Source: Bacteroidota bacterium
GTDB taxonomy: Bacteria > Bacteroidota > Bacteroidia > Bacteroidales > JACABE01
Length of the DNA stretch: 64,000 nt
Assembly: GCA_037133555.1 (NCBI GenBank)
Contig: JBAXNW010000006.1
Coordinates: 5,129-69,128, forward strand
Direction: 5' to 3'
How positions within the stretch are numbered: the stretch's first letter is position 1; every line of letters begins with the position of its first letter. Both the position numbers and the translations under genes were made by a program. Below the pieces are notes generated by a model. That model searched no databases and had not been told where the DNA came from. It saw only the letters and a list, made by a program, of their open reading frames with translations. Positions 8,801 through 17,187 of this stretch are shown here, piece after piece.

Positions 8801-10140
8801 TTATTATCGGAGATACAACATTATGCATCGGCGATTCATTAATTTTGACTTCAAATGCAATACCGGCATGTACCTATCAATGGACAGGCCCGAACGGATT
8901 TACTTCAACCAATCAGAATATTATAATTCCAAACACAACTGCTAGTAATGCAGGCATTTATACTTTGACTATTGCTAAAAACGGTTGTTCAAGCATGCCA
9001 GTAACTAGGATTGTCAGTATAGCATTGAAACCAATACTAAACCTTGGTAACGACACTTCAATATGTCAAAGCAATCATCTTGTTTTAAATGCATATAATC
9101 CCGGATGTACTTATGTTTGGAATACTGGTGCAACTTCACAAACATTAAACATTAATGCGCAGGGAACTTATTCTGTGAAAGTAACGAACACTTCAGGCTG
9201 TTCTATCAGAGATACAATAATTGTAAATTTACTAGCAAACCCTTTGGTTAATCTAGGAACCGACACAACAATTTGCCAAGGTAATCATCTGATTTTAAAT
9301 GCAAATAATTCAGGAGCAACTTATTTATGGAATACCGGAACAACTTCACAAACGATAAATGTCACCACCTCAGGAAGCTATACTGTTAAAGTTACAAATA
9401 ATAATGGGTGTTTTGCGAAAGATACCCTCATTGTAAATGTTGTTCCGGGTCCTATTGTTAATCTTGGCAACGATACTTCAATTTGTCAGGGAACTGAAAT
9501 AATACTGAATGCAGGAAATATCGGAAGTAATTATTTATGGAATACCGGATTGAATTCTCAAGCGATAAATGTTCAGAATTCTGGGTTATATTGGGTTGAG
9601 GTTAACAATAATAATTGCTTAGGTTATGATACGATTCAGGTAAATACTATTCCAAACCCAATCATCTCTCTTGGAAATGATACGATCATGTGTCCGGGTG
9701 AATTAATTGTTCTAAGGGCTGGCACAGGTTTTAGTCAGTACCTATGGTCAGAAGGCTCTCATTTAAACTATTTAAATGTTTATAATCCTGGGACTTTTTC
9801 AGTAATTGTCTATAATGGTTTGTGTTCAGCAACCGATGAAATTTTTATAGATGAGTGTAATTCTGAAATATCGGTACCCAATGTTTTTACACCTAATGGT
9901 GATGGTATCAATGAATATTTCGCTCCGACTTGTACGAATATCGATAAAATAACGCTTTATATTTATAATCGTTGGGGAAATCAGCTTTATGAGGGAATTG
10001 GAAAATCAGCTTTATGGGACGGTAAATTTAGGGGAAAAACTTGTCCAGTTGGAGTTTACTACTATCTTATTGATTACGAACAAAAAGGAAGCATCAAAGG
10101 GATGCGTCAAATACATGGCAGTGTTACCTTACTTAAATAA
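5881..10140 (+). CDS. Large secreted repeat protein/adhesin with T9SS type-B (gliding-motility-associated) C-terminal sorting domain
   Basis: 1419-aa ORF with a GTG start and signal peptide MKYFNILFFFCLILIKSNYAQ. It contains two ~551-aa duplicated halves and several ~65-aa LGNDTxIC...Y(L/V)WNTG...VxV modules. The C-terminus VPNVFTPNGDGINEYF...YNRWG...WDG is typical of the type-B CTD. Confidence 0.85.
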   Translation: MKYFNILFFFCLILIKSNYAQSIANFVITDTVCVNQNISIQNTSTGGNTYYWNFCSGNLSNTPIGLNLGNIGSLNKPVFSSIAKDGNNFYVFISNIQDGTITRLSFGSSLINTPVATNLGTLGVLGMYIEGIQINKDSLSGNWYGFVSGGQLNYLARLFFGNSLNNIPTATNLGNISGLLNYSLPIYNFYEGGNWYSLIANSSVSSSIIRLNYGNSLANTPTAVSLGNIGSLNSPAGICPVFVNGNWYLFVVNTNNNTLSRLNFGSSLLNTPTGVNLGNISSTLNLPRSISIQNDCNQIVALVTNESTNNLVKLTFPGGITSSPTGVSLGNIASFSFPHSISQIFRVGDSLYSFIMNVNNNSISRLCFAGCTNSSIASSSLQIPPVFSYNAAGTYNVSLTVNEGLSSESKICKDVVVIALSNPVITGDTVICTGDSLKLISSATPGCSYLWTGPNGFTSTNQNVIIPTINASNAGIYTLIISKNGCTSTPVSRMVSFAQKPVVNLGNDTIIPCTSSSINFILNAGNPACTYYWSSGQTTQSINVNTSGNYSVKVTNSAGCFRSDTISIIVTPTNANFTMPDTVCVNQNINIQNTTLCGITYYWNFCSGNLLNTPIGLNMGNIGALNQPVYSSIAKDGNNYYVFITNINNGTVTRLSFGTSLTNTPTATNLGNFGVMGMYIEGIQIKKDSLSGNWFGFIVGGQMNYLARLSFGNSLNNIPTAVNLGNINNLMSYSHTIYTFIEGGNWYSLVGNFGNSTLLKLNFGNSLANIPTATSLGNIGGLSGPVGLYPIQENGIWYLFVANQNNSTLSRLNFGNSLLNLPSGVNLGNINGTMNDPRAITIIRDCGHIIGYVCNEITNDIVRLTFPASLTSIPTGVSLGNPANFSFPHNISEVFRVGDSLYSFIMNVNNSTISRLCFPSCNNSSVSSSNLQNPPAFSYNLTGTYNVSLVVNEGLLSQSNICKQVVVVGLSSPLIIGDTTLCIGDSLILTSNAIPACTYQWTGPNGFTSTNQNIIIPNTTASNAGIYTLTIAKNGCSSMPVTRIVSIALKPILNLGNDTSICQSNHLVLNAYNPGCTYVWNTGATSQTLNINAQGTYSVKVTNTSGCSIRDTIIVNLLANPLVNLGTDTTICQGNHLILNANNSGATYLWNTGTTSQTINVTTSGSYTVKVTNNNGCFAKDTLIVNVVPGPIVNLGNDTSICQGTEIILNAGNIGSNYLWNTGLNSQAINVQNSGLYWVEVNNNNCLGYDTIQVNTIPNPIISLGNDTIMCPGELIVLRAGTGFSQYLWSEGSHLNYLNVYNPGTFSVIVYNGLCSATDEIFIDECNSEISVPNVFTPNGDGINEYFAPTCTNIDKITLYIYNRWGNQLYEGIGKSALWDGKFRGKTCPVGVYYYLIDYEQKGSIKGMRQIHGSVTLLK
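5950..9255 (+). repeat. Intragenic tandem duplication, 2 x 1653 bp (about 5950-7602 and 7603-9255)
   Basis: GATACAGTATGTGTTAATCAAAATATT at 5968 matches GATACTGTTTGTGTAAATCAAAATATT at 7621. The two protein halves align colinearly over about 551 aa. Confidence 0.85.
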
Positions 10141-10211
10141 CTAATTGCTTTCTTTGCTTTTAAATTTAAACTGCTTGCACATTGTCATTGAAATAATGAC
10201 TTTTGAAGTTG

Positions 10212-10880
10212 TTATCCTTTAAATATTTTCTTTGACAATCCTATAATCAGAAAAAGGTTGTTCATTCCACGGTTGGGAAGCATCACACTCGCATTGGAAA
10301 TATGACGAATCCTGATTTCGGCATTGAGCATCCAATTGGAGTTTAAGGTTTTACTTACACCCAATGCTAAATTATCAGAGAAAATGAAACCATGTGCTTG
10401 CCGTACAGTTGGAATTGTAATAAAATGTGGACCTGAACCCAATTGACCATAGCAATAGAAGGTTGATGCCAGTTTGTATTTATACCGAAAGGCTACATTG
10501 ATGCCAAATTCAGCTTCTTTTAATTGCTTATCCAGAAATACCGGGTTGATTTGAGGTTCAAACACAAGCCACCACTTTCCTTTTTTCTCTTTTTTAGTAA
10601 GCTCCCATGCGAAGCTGCCCATCAGCAAAAGTGGTTTGTAATTTTGTCCTTCGGGAAGTGTTATACTATAGGAACTTACGCCAATATTAAAGCCTTTTTC
10701 TGCAAAGAGTGGTTTTTGATTGTTCTGGCTTTTTGTCTGTAGAGAGGCAAAAAATAATGTTATAATTATTAATGATTGAACCACAGAGAACGCAAAGTTT
10801 TTCGCAGAGAACCGCGAAGTTATAGCTAAAAGTTTGCTGAGTTTTGACATTGAAAAGTTCATGAAAGTTTTAAAACTCAA
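10212..10880 (-). CDS. Acyloxyacyl hydrolase / lipid A deacylase (PagL-like) outer-membrane protein; start codon uncertain
   Basis: 222-aa ORF with a hydrophobic signal-like segment. The C-terminal RHISNAS...NRGMN motif resembles the PagL His/Ser site. The 5' end (10787-10880) lies inside the inverted-repeat element, so the true start is unclear. Confidence 0.55.
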   Translation of the reverse strand: MSFKTFMNFSMSKLSKLLAITSRFSAKNFAFSVVQSLIIITLFFASLQTKSQNNQKPLFAEKGFNIGVSSYSITLPEGQNYKPLLLMGSFAWELTKKEKKGKWWLVFEPQINPVFLDKQLKEAEFGINVAFRYKYKLASTFYCYGQLGSGPHFITIPTVRQAHGFIFSDNLALGVSKTLNSNWMLNAEIRIRHISNASVMLPNRGMNNLFLIIGLSKKIFKG

Positions 10881-11033
10881 GTTGATAATTATTTGAACGC
10901 AGATGTGATGGATACGATAAGTTAGTATTTATTAAACGGATTTAACAATCTGTAAAATCAGCCCCATCTGTTTCATCTGTGTTCCTTATTTTTTATTATT
11001 CCTCTTTAACCTCTGCGAAAAACTTTGCGTTCT
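10787..11033. repeat. 247-bp nested inverted-repeat (MITE-like) element
   Basis: The outer arms are perfect 23-bp inverted repeats: AGAACGCAAAGTTTTTCGCAGAG (10787-10809) and CTCTGCGAAAAACTTTGCGTTCT (11011-11033). The inner arms are imperfect: GAACGCAGATGTGATGGAT (10895-10913) versus CCCCATCTGTTTCATCTGTGTTCC (10962-10985). Confidence 0.85.
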
Positions 11034-11049
11034 AGCAGTTAAAAGCAAA

Positions 11050-12774
11050 CTAAATCTTTGAAATCCAATCAGTAAGCTCAGCCAGATTCATAGCCGGAAT
11101 ATCCAGTTTGTTTTTCTTACGCAAACCATTCAGATCGTTGAAAAGTTTATTCGTATTGGCTTCTTTTAATGCTGACAGTGTATTAAATCCTGCTTTTCGG
11201 ATGTGTTCGATCCAGTATTCAGGAACGCCAACTGCTGCAAATTCTTCATCCGTTGACTGAACAGCTTTCTTTTCAGGTCGCATTTGGGGGAAGAAAAGAA
11301 CATCCTGTATTGAATTTGAATTGGTCATAAACATTACCAGACGGTCGATACCGATACCCATGCCTGAAGTTGGAGGCATCCCATATTCCAATGCACGCAA
11401 GAAATCCTGATCGATAAACATGGCTTCATCATCTCCTTTTTCAGAAAGTTTCAACTGATCCTGGAAACGTTCGCGCTGATCAATCGGGTCGTTTAATTCG
11501 GTATAAGCATTTGCCAGTTCTTTTCCGTTTACAAATAGTTCAAAACGTTCTGTAAGTTCAGGGTTCAAACGGTGTTTCTTGCAAAGTGGCGACATTTCAA
11601 CCGGATAATCGATAATAAAAGTAGGTTGAATATAATTGTGTTCGCATTTTTCACCGAAAATCTCATCTATCAGTTTGCCTTTTCCCATTGTAGGATCAGT
11701 TTCAATGTGCAGCTTTGTACAAACTTCGCGAATCTGATCTTCATTCATAGCTGAAATATCAAATCCAGTATGTTCTTTAATGGCGTCTATCATGGTAACC
11801 CTGCGAAAAGGAGCTTTAAATTCGATGGTATTTTCAGCAAATTTTACCTGGGTTTTTCCATGCAGGTCCAGTGCAACTTTTTCTATCATTTGCTCAGTAA
11901 AATCCATCATCCAGTTGTAGTCTTTATAGGCTACATAAATTTCCATAACCGTAAATTCAGGATTATGGGTGCGATCCATACCTTCGTTGCGGAAATCTTT
12001 TGAAAATTCGTACACACCATCGAAACCACCAACAATTAATCTTTTTAAATACAATTCATTGGCAACTCTGAGGTAAAGTGGAATATTCAATGCATTGTGA
12101 TGCGTTATAAACGGACGGGCAGTAGCTCCACCGGGGATGGCCTGAAGAATAGGTGTCTCCACTTCCATATAACCTTGGGCATTGAAGAATTCCCGCATCG
12201 ATTGTATGATTTTGGTACGTTTGATGAAAGTTTCTTTTACTCCTTCATTTACAATTAAATCTACATAGCGCTGACGATAACGTTGCTCTGGATCGCTGAA
12301 GGCATCATAAACCACTCCGTCTTTTTCTTTAACAATGGGCAAAGGTTTCAAGGATTTGCTCAATAATTTTAAATCGGTTACATGTATGCTGATTTCTCCC
12401 ATTTGTGTCGTAAAAACAAAACCAGTTACACCAATGATATCACCGATGTCCATCATTTTCTTGAAAACATTGTTGTAAAAAGAGGTATCTTCACCCTCGC
12501 AAATATCATCACGTTTTATATACAATTGAATACGACCCACACTATCCTGCAATTCAACAAATGATGCAGCTCCCATGATACGTCGGCTCATCATACGTCC
12601 GGCTATGCTGACTTTTTGAAAAAGACTGTTGTCGCTAGGGTATTTTTCTAATATTTCAGTTGATTTTACATTTACATCAAATAATTCGGCAGGATAGGGA
12701 TTGATACCTGCATTTTGAAGTTCTTCCAGTGATTTTCTGCGGAATAACTCTTGTTCGCTTAACTCTAAACTCAT
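11050..12774 (-). CDS. lysS: Lysine--tRNA ligase (class II) with a ~60-aa C-terminal extension
   Basis: 574-aa ORF with an OB-fold N-terminal domain and class II catalytic motifs (FRNEG..., [11 protein letters not shown]). The canonical end ...[10 protein letters not shown] is followed by extra residues. Confidence 0.95.
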   Translation of the reverse strand: MSLELSEQELFRRKSLEELQNAGINPYPAELFDVNVKSTEILEKYPSDNSLFQKVSIAGRMMSRRIMGAASFVELQDSVGRIQLYIKRDDICEGEDTSFYNNVFKKMMDIGDIIGVTGFVFTTQMGEISIHVTDLKLLSKSLKPLPIVKEKDGVVYDAFSDPEQRYRQRYVDLIVNEGVKETFIKRTKIIQSMREFFNAQGYMEVETPILQAIPGGATARPFITHHNALNIPLYLRVANELYLKRLIVGGFDGVYEFSKDFRNEGMDRTHNPEFTVMEIYVAYKDYNWMMDFTEQMIEKVALDLHGKTQVKFAENTIEFKAPFRRVTMIDAIKEHTGFDISAMNEDQIREVCTKLHIETDPTMGKGKLIDEIFGEKCEHNYIQPTFIIDYPVEMSPLCKKHRLNPELTERFELFVNGKELANAYTELNDPIDQRERFQDQLKLSEKGDDEAMFIDQDFLRALEYGMPPTSGMGIGIDRLVMFMTNSNSIQDVLFFPQMRPEKKAVQSTDEEFAAVGVPEYWIEHIRKAGFNTLSALKEANTNKLFNDLNGLRKKNKLDIPAMNLAELTDWISKI

Positions 12775-12791
12775 AAAATAAATAATTTTTG

Positions 12792-12799
12792 CAAAGATA
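12792..12799 (-). promoter_or_regulatory. -7 box (TATCTTTG on the minus strand) upstream of lysS
   Basis: The plus strand reads CAAAGATA, 18 nt upstream of the lysS ATG. Confidence 0.45.
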
Positions 12800-12910
12800 G
12801 GGAAAATCAGTTAAATAGTAAATCCTAAAAGTGAAAGTATCACTCAAAATGATTCAATCGTTTGAGTAAGCATTTTTTGTTAAAAAATTGAGAAGCCAAA
12901 ACAAATGTTG

Positions 12911-12962
12911 TAAGTATAATTACAAGATTGAATTTTAACATGAATATTTGTAATTATACTTA
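12911..12962. promoter_or_regulatory. Perfect 15-bp inverted repeat TAAGTATAATTACAA / TTGTAATTATACTTA with a 22-nt spacer, in the lysS/ATPase divergent region
   Basis: Read directly from the sequence. The role (operator or hairpin) is unknown. Confidence 0.4.
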
Positions 12963-12972
12963 TATTTTATTG

Positions 12973-12980
12973 TATATTTG
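12973..12980 (+). promoter_or_regulatory. -7 box TATATTTG upstream of the ATPase gene
   Basis: Matches TAnnTTTG, 31 nt before the ATG at 13011. Confidence 0.45.
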
Positions 12981-13010
12981 CAACATATTGTAATCATAAT
13001 TTAAAAAAAT

Positions 13011-14231
13011 ATGTCAAATTTAAAAATACCAGAAAATCTAATTAAAAGAGATATGTATATATCTCGTATACTTCCTTTTATGAATAAAAGTATTGTAAAA
13101 GTAATTACAGGTTCAAGGCGTGTAGGCAAAAGTTATTTGCTTTTTCAATTGATGCAGACAATTGTTGAAAAAGATAAAAATGCCAATATCATTTATTTAA
13201 ATATGGAAGAGATGGTTTTTGAAGAGATTAAAAATGCAATAGATCTAAATACTTATGTAAATCAACATATTGCAGAAAATCAAATGAATTATATTTTTAT
13301 TGATGAAATTCAGGAAATCTTTGAATTTGAAAAAGCTATACGTTCTTTACAACTTAATCCTAAAAATGACATTTATATTACAGGGAGTAATGCAAATCTT
13401 CTTTCAGGTGAATTAGCAACTTTACTAGGAGGCAGAACCATCGAATTTTCTGTTTTTAGTCTTTCCTATTCTGAATTTCTCGGATTTCATAATCTTAAAG
13501 AGAACGAAGAAAGTGTTCTTAAATTTATTAAATTTGGAGGTTTACCTTACTTGATTCACCTGGAATTATCAGACGAAATTGCATTTGAATATTTGAAAAA
13601 CATTTATGCAAGTATAGTTTATAGAGATGTAGTGAGTAGATATAAAATCAGAAGTATAAACTTTCTGGAAAGGCTCATTAGGTTTCTTGCGAGTAATGTT
13701 TCTTCAATGTATTCTTCCAAAAGTATAAGTAATTTTTTAAAATCTCAAAATACTAATATAGCTCATAACCAAGTGCAAACATTTACAGATTATCTGGTGA
13801 ATTCATTTTTAATACATAAAGTGCCACGATATGATTTAATCGGAAAAAGGATTTTTGAAGTTGGTGAAAAATATTATTTTGAGAATACAGGAATTAGAAA
13901 TGCCATTATTGAATATAATCAAAATGATTTATCAAAATTAATTGAAAATATAGTTTATAATCATTTGCTTTTTACAGGATACGAGGTTAAAATAGGATGG
14001 ATGAATGGGTTAGAAATTGATTTTGTAGCAAAAAAACAAAATGAGATTACCTATATTCAAGTTGCTTTAAGTATAATTAATGAAAATACAATTGAAAGAG
14101 AGTTTGGGAATTTATTAAAAATAAATGATAACTATCCCAAACTTGTCATTACAATGGAAGACCCCTTAAAAAATACTTTCAAAGGGATTCAACATATCTC
14201 TTTGAGAAAATTTTTAATGACATTTGTTTAA
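13011..14231 (+). CDS. AAA+ ATPase with C-terminal DUF4143 (COG1373-type ATP-binding protein)
   Basis: 406-aa ORF with Walker A GSRRVGKS and Walker B YIFIDEIQ. The C-terminal ...GLEIDFVAKK...YIQV motif resembles a PD-(D/E)XK-like core. Confidence 0.85.
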   Translation: MSNLKIPENLIKRDMYISRILPFMNKSIVKVITGSRRVGKSYLLFQLMQTIVEKDKNANIIYLNMEEMVFEEIKNAIDLNTYVNQHIAENQMNYIFIDEIQEIFEFEKAIRSLQLNPKNDIYITGSNANLLSGELATLLGGRTIEFSVFSLSYSEFLGFHNLKENEESVLKFIKFGGLPYLIHLELSDEIAFEYLKNIYASIVYRDVVSRYKIRSINFLERLIRFLASNVSSMYSSKSISNFLKSQNTNIAHNQVQTFTDYLVNSFLIHKVPRYDLIGKRIFEVGEKYYFENTGIRNAIIEYNQNDLSKLIENIVYNHLLFTGYEVKIGWMNGLEIDFVAKKQNEITYIQVALSIINENTIEREFGNLLKINDNYPKLVITMEDPLKNTFKGIQHISLRKFLMTFV

Positions 14232-14317
14232 GTTTGGATTTCAACTATTCATTTAATAATTGAATGACTTCAGAAAGCGTTTTTGTAATCTATATAGAAG
14301 ATTCTTATTATTAAAAT

Positions 14318-15046
14318 TTATCCAAAAACCTCTTTCAATACCAGGTGTGAATTGATTTTTTTGAAGCCTGAATGGTGCAAACGATAGAACACTATCATTT
14401 TATCCAATAATACGCTTCGGTTGGATTTGTTCAGGTTTAAAACAGCGATATCCTCAAAATTGCAGCTCAGCATTTTAGAAATTACTTCGCTGAGTGGATA
14501 TTCCAGGTATTCAGCATTTAAGGGTTGGGTAGACTGAAAAATGCCTTCTGTCAGATTAAAAAATCTGGTTTTCGCATCATAATTATTCCTCGGGAAAAAC
14601 CCTAAATACTTGGAATATTGAACCATAAACAACAAATGAAAATCAGCATAACGTTCGGGTGTTACATCCAGAATTTGAATGCTCTGAAATAAAAATTCAA
14701 ACAAGGCAGGATTACTTTCTTCTTCGTGCAAAGATTTGTACAATATTTCGTTGATAAACAAAGCGATACTACTCTTTCCGATATCATAAGGAATGCTTTG
14801 GAAACGGCAGATGCTTTTAATTTCTTGGACAGTTCTGACAGCACTGGTATGCTCTTTGTGCCAGGCAACGATTTCAACAAGAGATAAATGCTCTAATAAA
14901 CTCAATTTGGTTTTGGATTTGCTTTTCCGAATGCCTTTCAAAATATAGGATTGTAAACCGTAATTTTCGGTATAAACCTTGGCAATTACGCTGGTTTCAC
15001 TATAATTGATATGGCTGAGTACAATACCTCTGGTTGTGGAAAGCAT
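14318..15046 (-). CDS. recO: DNA repair protein RecO
   Basis: 242-aa ORF starting MLSTTRGIVLSHINYSETSVIAKVYTENYGLQSY..., the RecO N-terminal OB domain pattern. Confidence 0.9.
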   Translation of the reverse strand: MLSTTRGIVLSHINYSETSVIAKVYTENYGLQSYILKGIRKSKSKTKLSLLEHLSLVEIVAWHKEHTSAVRTVQEIKSICRFQSIPYDIGKSSIALFINEILYKSLHEEESNPALFEFLFQSIQILDVTPERYADFHLLFMVQYSKYLGFFPRNNYDAKTRFFNLTEGIFQSTQPLNAEYLEYPLSEVISKMLSCNFEDIAVLNLNKSNRSVLLDKMIVFYRLHHSGFKKINSHLVLKEVFG

Positions 15047-15057
15047 GATTTAGTTAT

Positions 15058-17040
15058 TTAGAAATCAGAAATAATAGCATAAATCAGGTGATTGCCTTTT
15101 TCAATCCTTACCTTAAAGTCATCGATTTCGAAATCGTCTTTGTTTTTATTCCAGACAAAGATTTTTAGGGTATAGTTTAAATTTCGAAGATGGACATCTG
15201 CCATTCGTAAGGACAAATATACATTTTCAAATTGATGCAGATTGCCGGCAAAATCTTTAAAATCAGAAGTATGCCAACTGACCACTTCTTTGGCAGCATT
15301 TTCAATGGCAATTACCAACACCGGATTGGCCATTTTATCATGAAGCCGCACTTTCAAAGAAATATGGAAATTATTGAATTTGTCAGACAAAACATCCTTG
15401 AGTTTCGCCTCAAACGTTGGTCCCCACTCCTGATTGGACTTAAAATGATACATTTTATTTTTTGAAAGTGAATCCTTTGAAATGAAGTTAGTATCGGTAT
15501 ACCAATGTTGAGCGATAGAATCAAAACTATTGCAATTATAGAAAACCGGATGTTCAATATTTTTTGGCGGATGTTTGCTAAATGCATACAATTCGTAACC
15601 AAAACCAACAGATTTTTTAATCAGATAGGGATATGTTTCCTGAATAATATCCTGATAATGAGGAGGCGTTGGAATAGCATACGCCAACACCAACTGATCG
15701 TTCTTTTGCTGCAACACCAATTCTCTGAACTTAAATGTAGTCATGGTATCGATGGTAAAATTACAACAGTCAATCTTTTTATGGAAAAGATTTTCGTAGT
15801 AATGCATAAAAAATGGTTCAAAGCCATTGAACAATATTGCAGGTGGTGATGAGCTTCCCTCGTTTATTTTAATGATTTGAGTAACACATTCTTTATAGCT
15901 CTGATGGTAAAATACCTCATAATATTTTCTTTGAAAAACCAGGGAATAGGTTGTAATGCCTAGTATGCTTATAACCAGTATTATTTTCAGATAATTGCTG
16001 ACATCTTTATAAATTGAAAAGAGGGAAATCAGTAAAAAAGGAAAGGCAAAAAGCAATACCGATGGTTGTAATACTGGCGCTTTCCAACGTGAATAATAAA
16101 AACCAATGGCCAGTGAAAAAAAGAACCAGGAAAAGGAAATGATGCTGAAAATATGCGATTTTTTGTTGGTAGCACTTTTATCAAAAACAAACGAAAGAAT
16201 ACCCCCTATTATCAAGACAAATAAAAGTAGATACATGATTTTTGAAAAATGGAAAGCAAATTTCAGGTAATTATAAATAAAAACATAATCCGGAGCTGCC
16301 AGCCAGCCTTCGGTGCCACCTACACCTCCTACATGCAATTGATAAAGAAATATCTGAATATGAGGGATGTACAATACAAAAATAGCCAGTCCACTTGAAA
16401 TATACAATAAACGGTTTTGTTTCCGGATAAAAAACAATCCTGTGAGCCCGACCAAACCCAGTAAGAGTAAATTAAAATGATGGTTGTAAGCAGATAAGGC
16501 GCCAAAAATTACAAAGCCTACCCAATAGTAAAGCCGTTTTTTTTCATCTCCCCAAAAAAACAAAGTCCAAAACCATACCAAAGCCAAACCTATAAATATA
16601 CCGCTTCCATAAGGACGCTCAATCTGGCTGTACATTACAGTATATTGAAGACAAGCCAGAAATGACGAAGCTATCAAGCCTACTGTAGGATTGAACCAAG
16701 CTTTTGCAATTCTATAGGTCAGATAAATGGAGGCAACACCTGCCAGCATGAAAGGCAGTTTGACGATAAATTCCGAATTGCCAACTATTTTTACCCAATA
16801 ATATAAAAAAACCTGAACTCCAGCCGGATGTCCGTCTATGAGTACTCCTTTGACAATCAATTCATGAAAACTATCAAATCTTGCTCTGTACAATGCACTG
16901 AGCTCATCATTGGTGAATGGAATTTCTGTAAATTTATAAAATCGTAAAATTACACCAACAACTAAAATGAGAAAAATCAAAAGACTGTCAATATTCTTAT
17001 AGTTGAAGCATTTATCTTTAAGCTTGTGGAAATAATTCAT
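15058..17040 (-). CDS. Polytopic membrane glycosyltransferase, GT-C / family 39 (ArnT/PMT-like), with a soluble C-terminal domain
   Basis: 660-aa ORF. About 11 hydrophobic segments span the first ~370 aa, and an early loop reads FTNDELSALYRA. The hydrophilic ~280-aa C-terminus has no family I recognise. Confidence 0.6.
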   Translation of the reverse strand: MNYFHKLKDKCFNYKNIDSLLIFLILVVGVILRFYKFTEIPFTNDELSALYRARFDSFHELIVKGVLIDGHPAGVQVFLYYWVKIVGNSEFIVKLPFMLAGVASIYLTYRIAKAWFNPTVGLIASSFLACLQYTVMYSQIERPYGSGIFIGLALVWFWTLFFWGDEKKRLYYWVGFVIFGALSAYNHHFNLLLLGLVGLTGLFFIRKQNRLLYISSGLAIFVLYIPHIQIFLYQLHVGGVGGTEGWLAAPDYVFIYNYLKFAFHFSKIMYLLLFVLIIGGILSFVFDKSATNKKSHIFSIISFSWFFFSLAIGFYYSRWKAPVLQPSVLLFAFPFLLISLFSIYKDVSNYLKIILVISILGITTYSLVFQRKYYEVFYHQSYKECVTQIIKINEGSSSPPAILFNGFEPFFMHYYENLFHKKIDCCNFTIDTMTTFKFRELVLQQKNDQLVLAYAIPTPPHYQDIIQETYPYLIKKSVGFGYELYAFSKHPPKNIEHPVFYNCNSFDSIAQHWYTDTNFISKDSLSKNKMYHFKSNQEWGPTFEAKLKDVLSDKFNNFHISLKVRLHDKMANPVLVIAIENAAKEVVSWHTSDFKDFAGNLHQFENVYLSLRMADVHLRNLNYTLKIFVWNKNKDDFEIDDFKVRIEKGNHLIYAIISDF

Positions 17041-17104
17041 TGAGCAGAATTTGAATTTATAAAGCTACAAAAAGTCTAAAATTAATTGTTTTGCGTTTAG
17101 CTCA

Positions 17105-17112
17105 CAAAAGTA
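17105..17112 (-). promoter_or_regulatory. -7 box (TACTTTTG on the minus strand) upstream of the GT39-like gene
   Basis: The plus strand reads CAAAAGTA, 65 nt upstream of the ATG at 17040. Confidence 0.3.
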
Positions 17113-17187
17113 CAATTATTTTTACAATTGAAATCTTTGTTTATAAACCAAGTGTATGAAGAACTCAACGATAGGTAAGAATTGAGA

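Noticed and set aside
10141-10211. Terminator after the adhesin gene (GTCATT-GAAAT-AATGAC followed by TTTTG).
   Set aside because: The stem is only 6 bp, AT-rich and weak. It is not strong enough to list as a feature.
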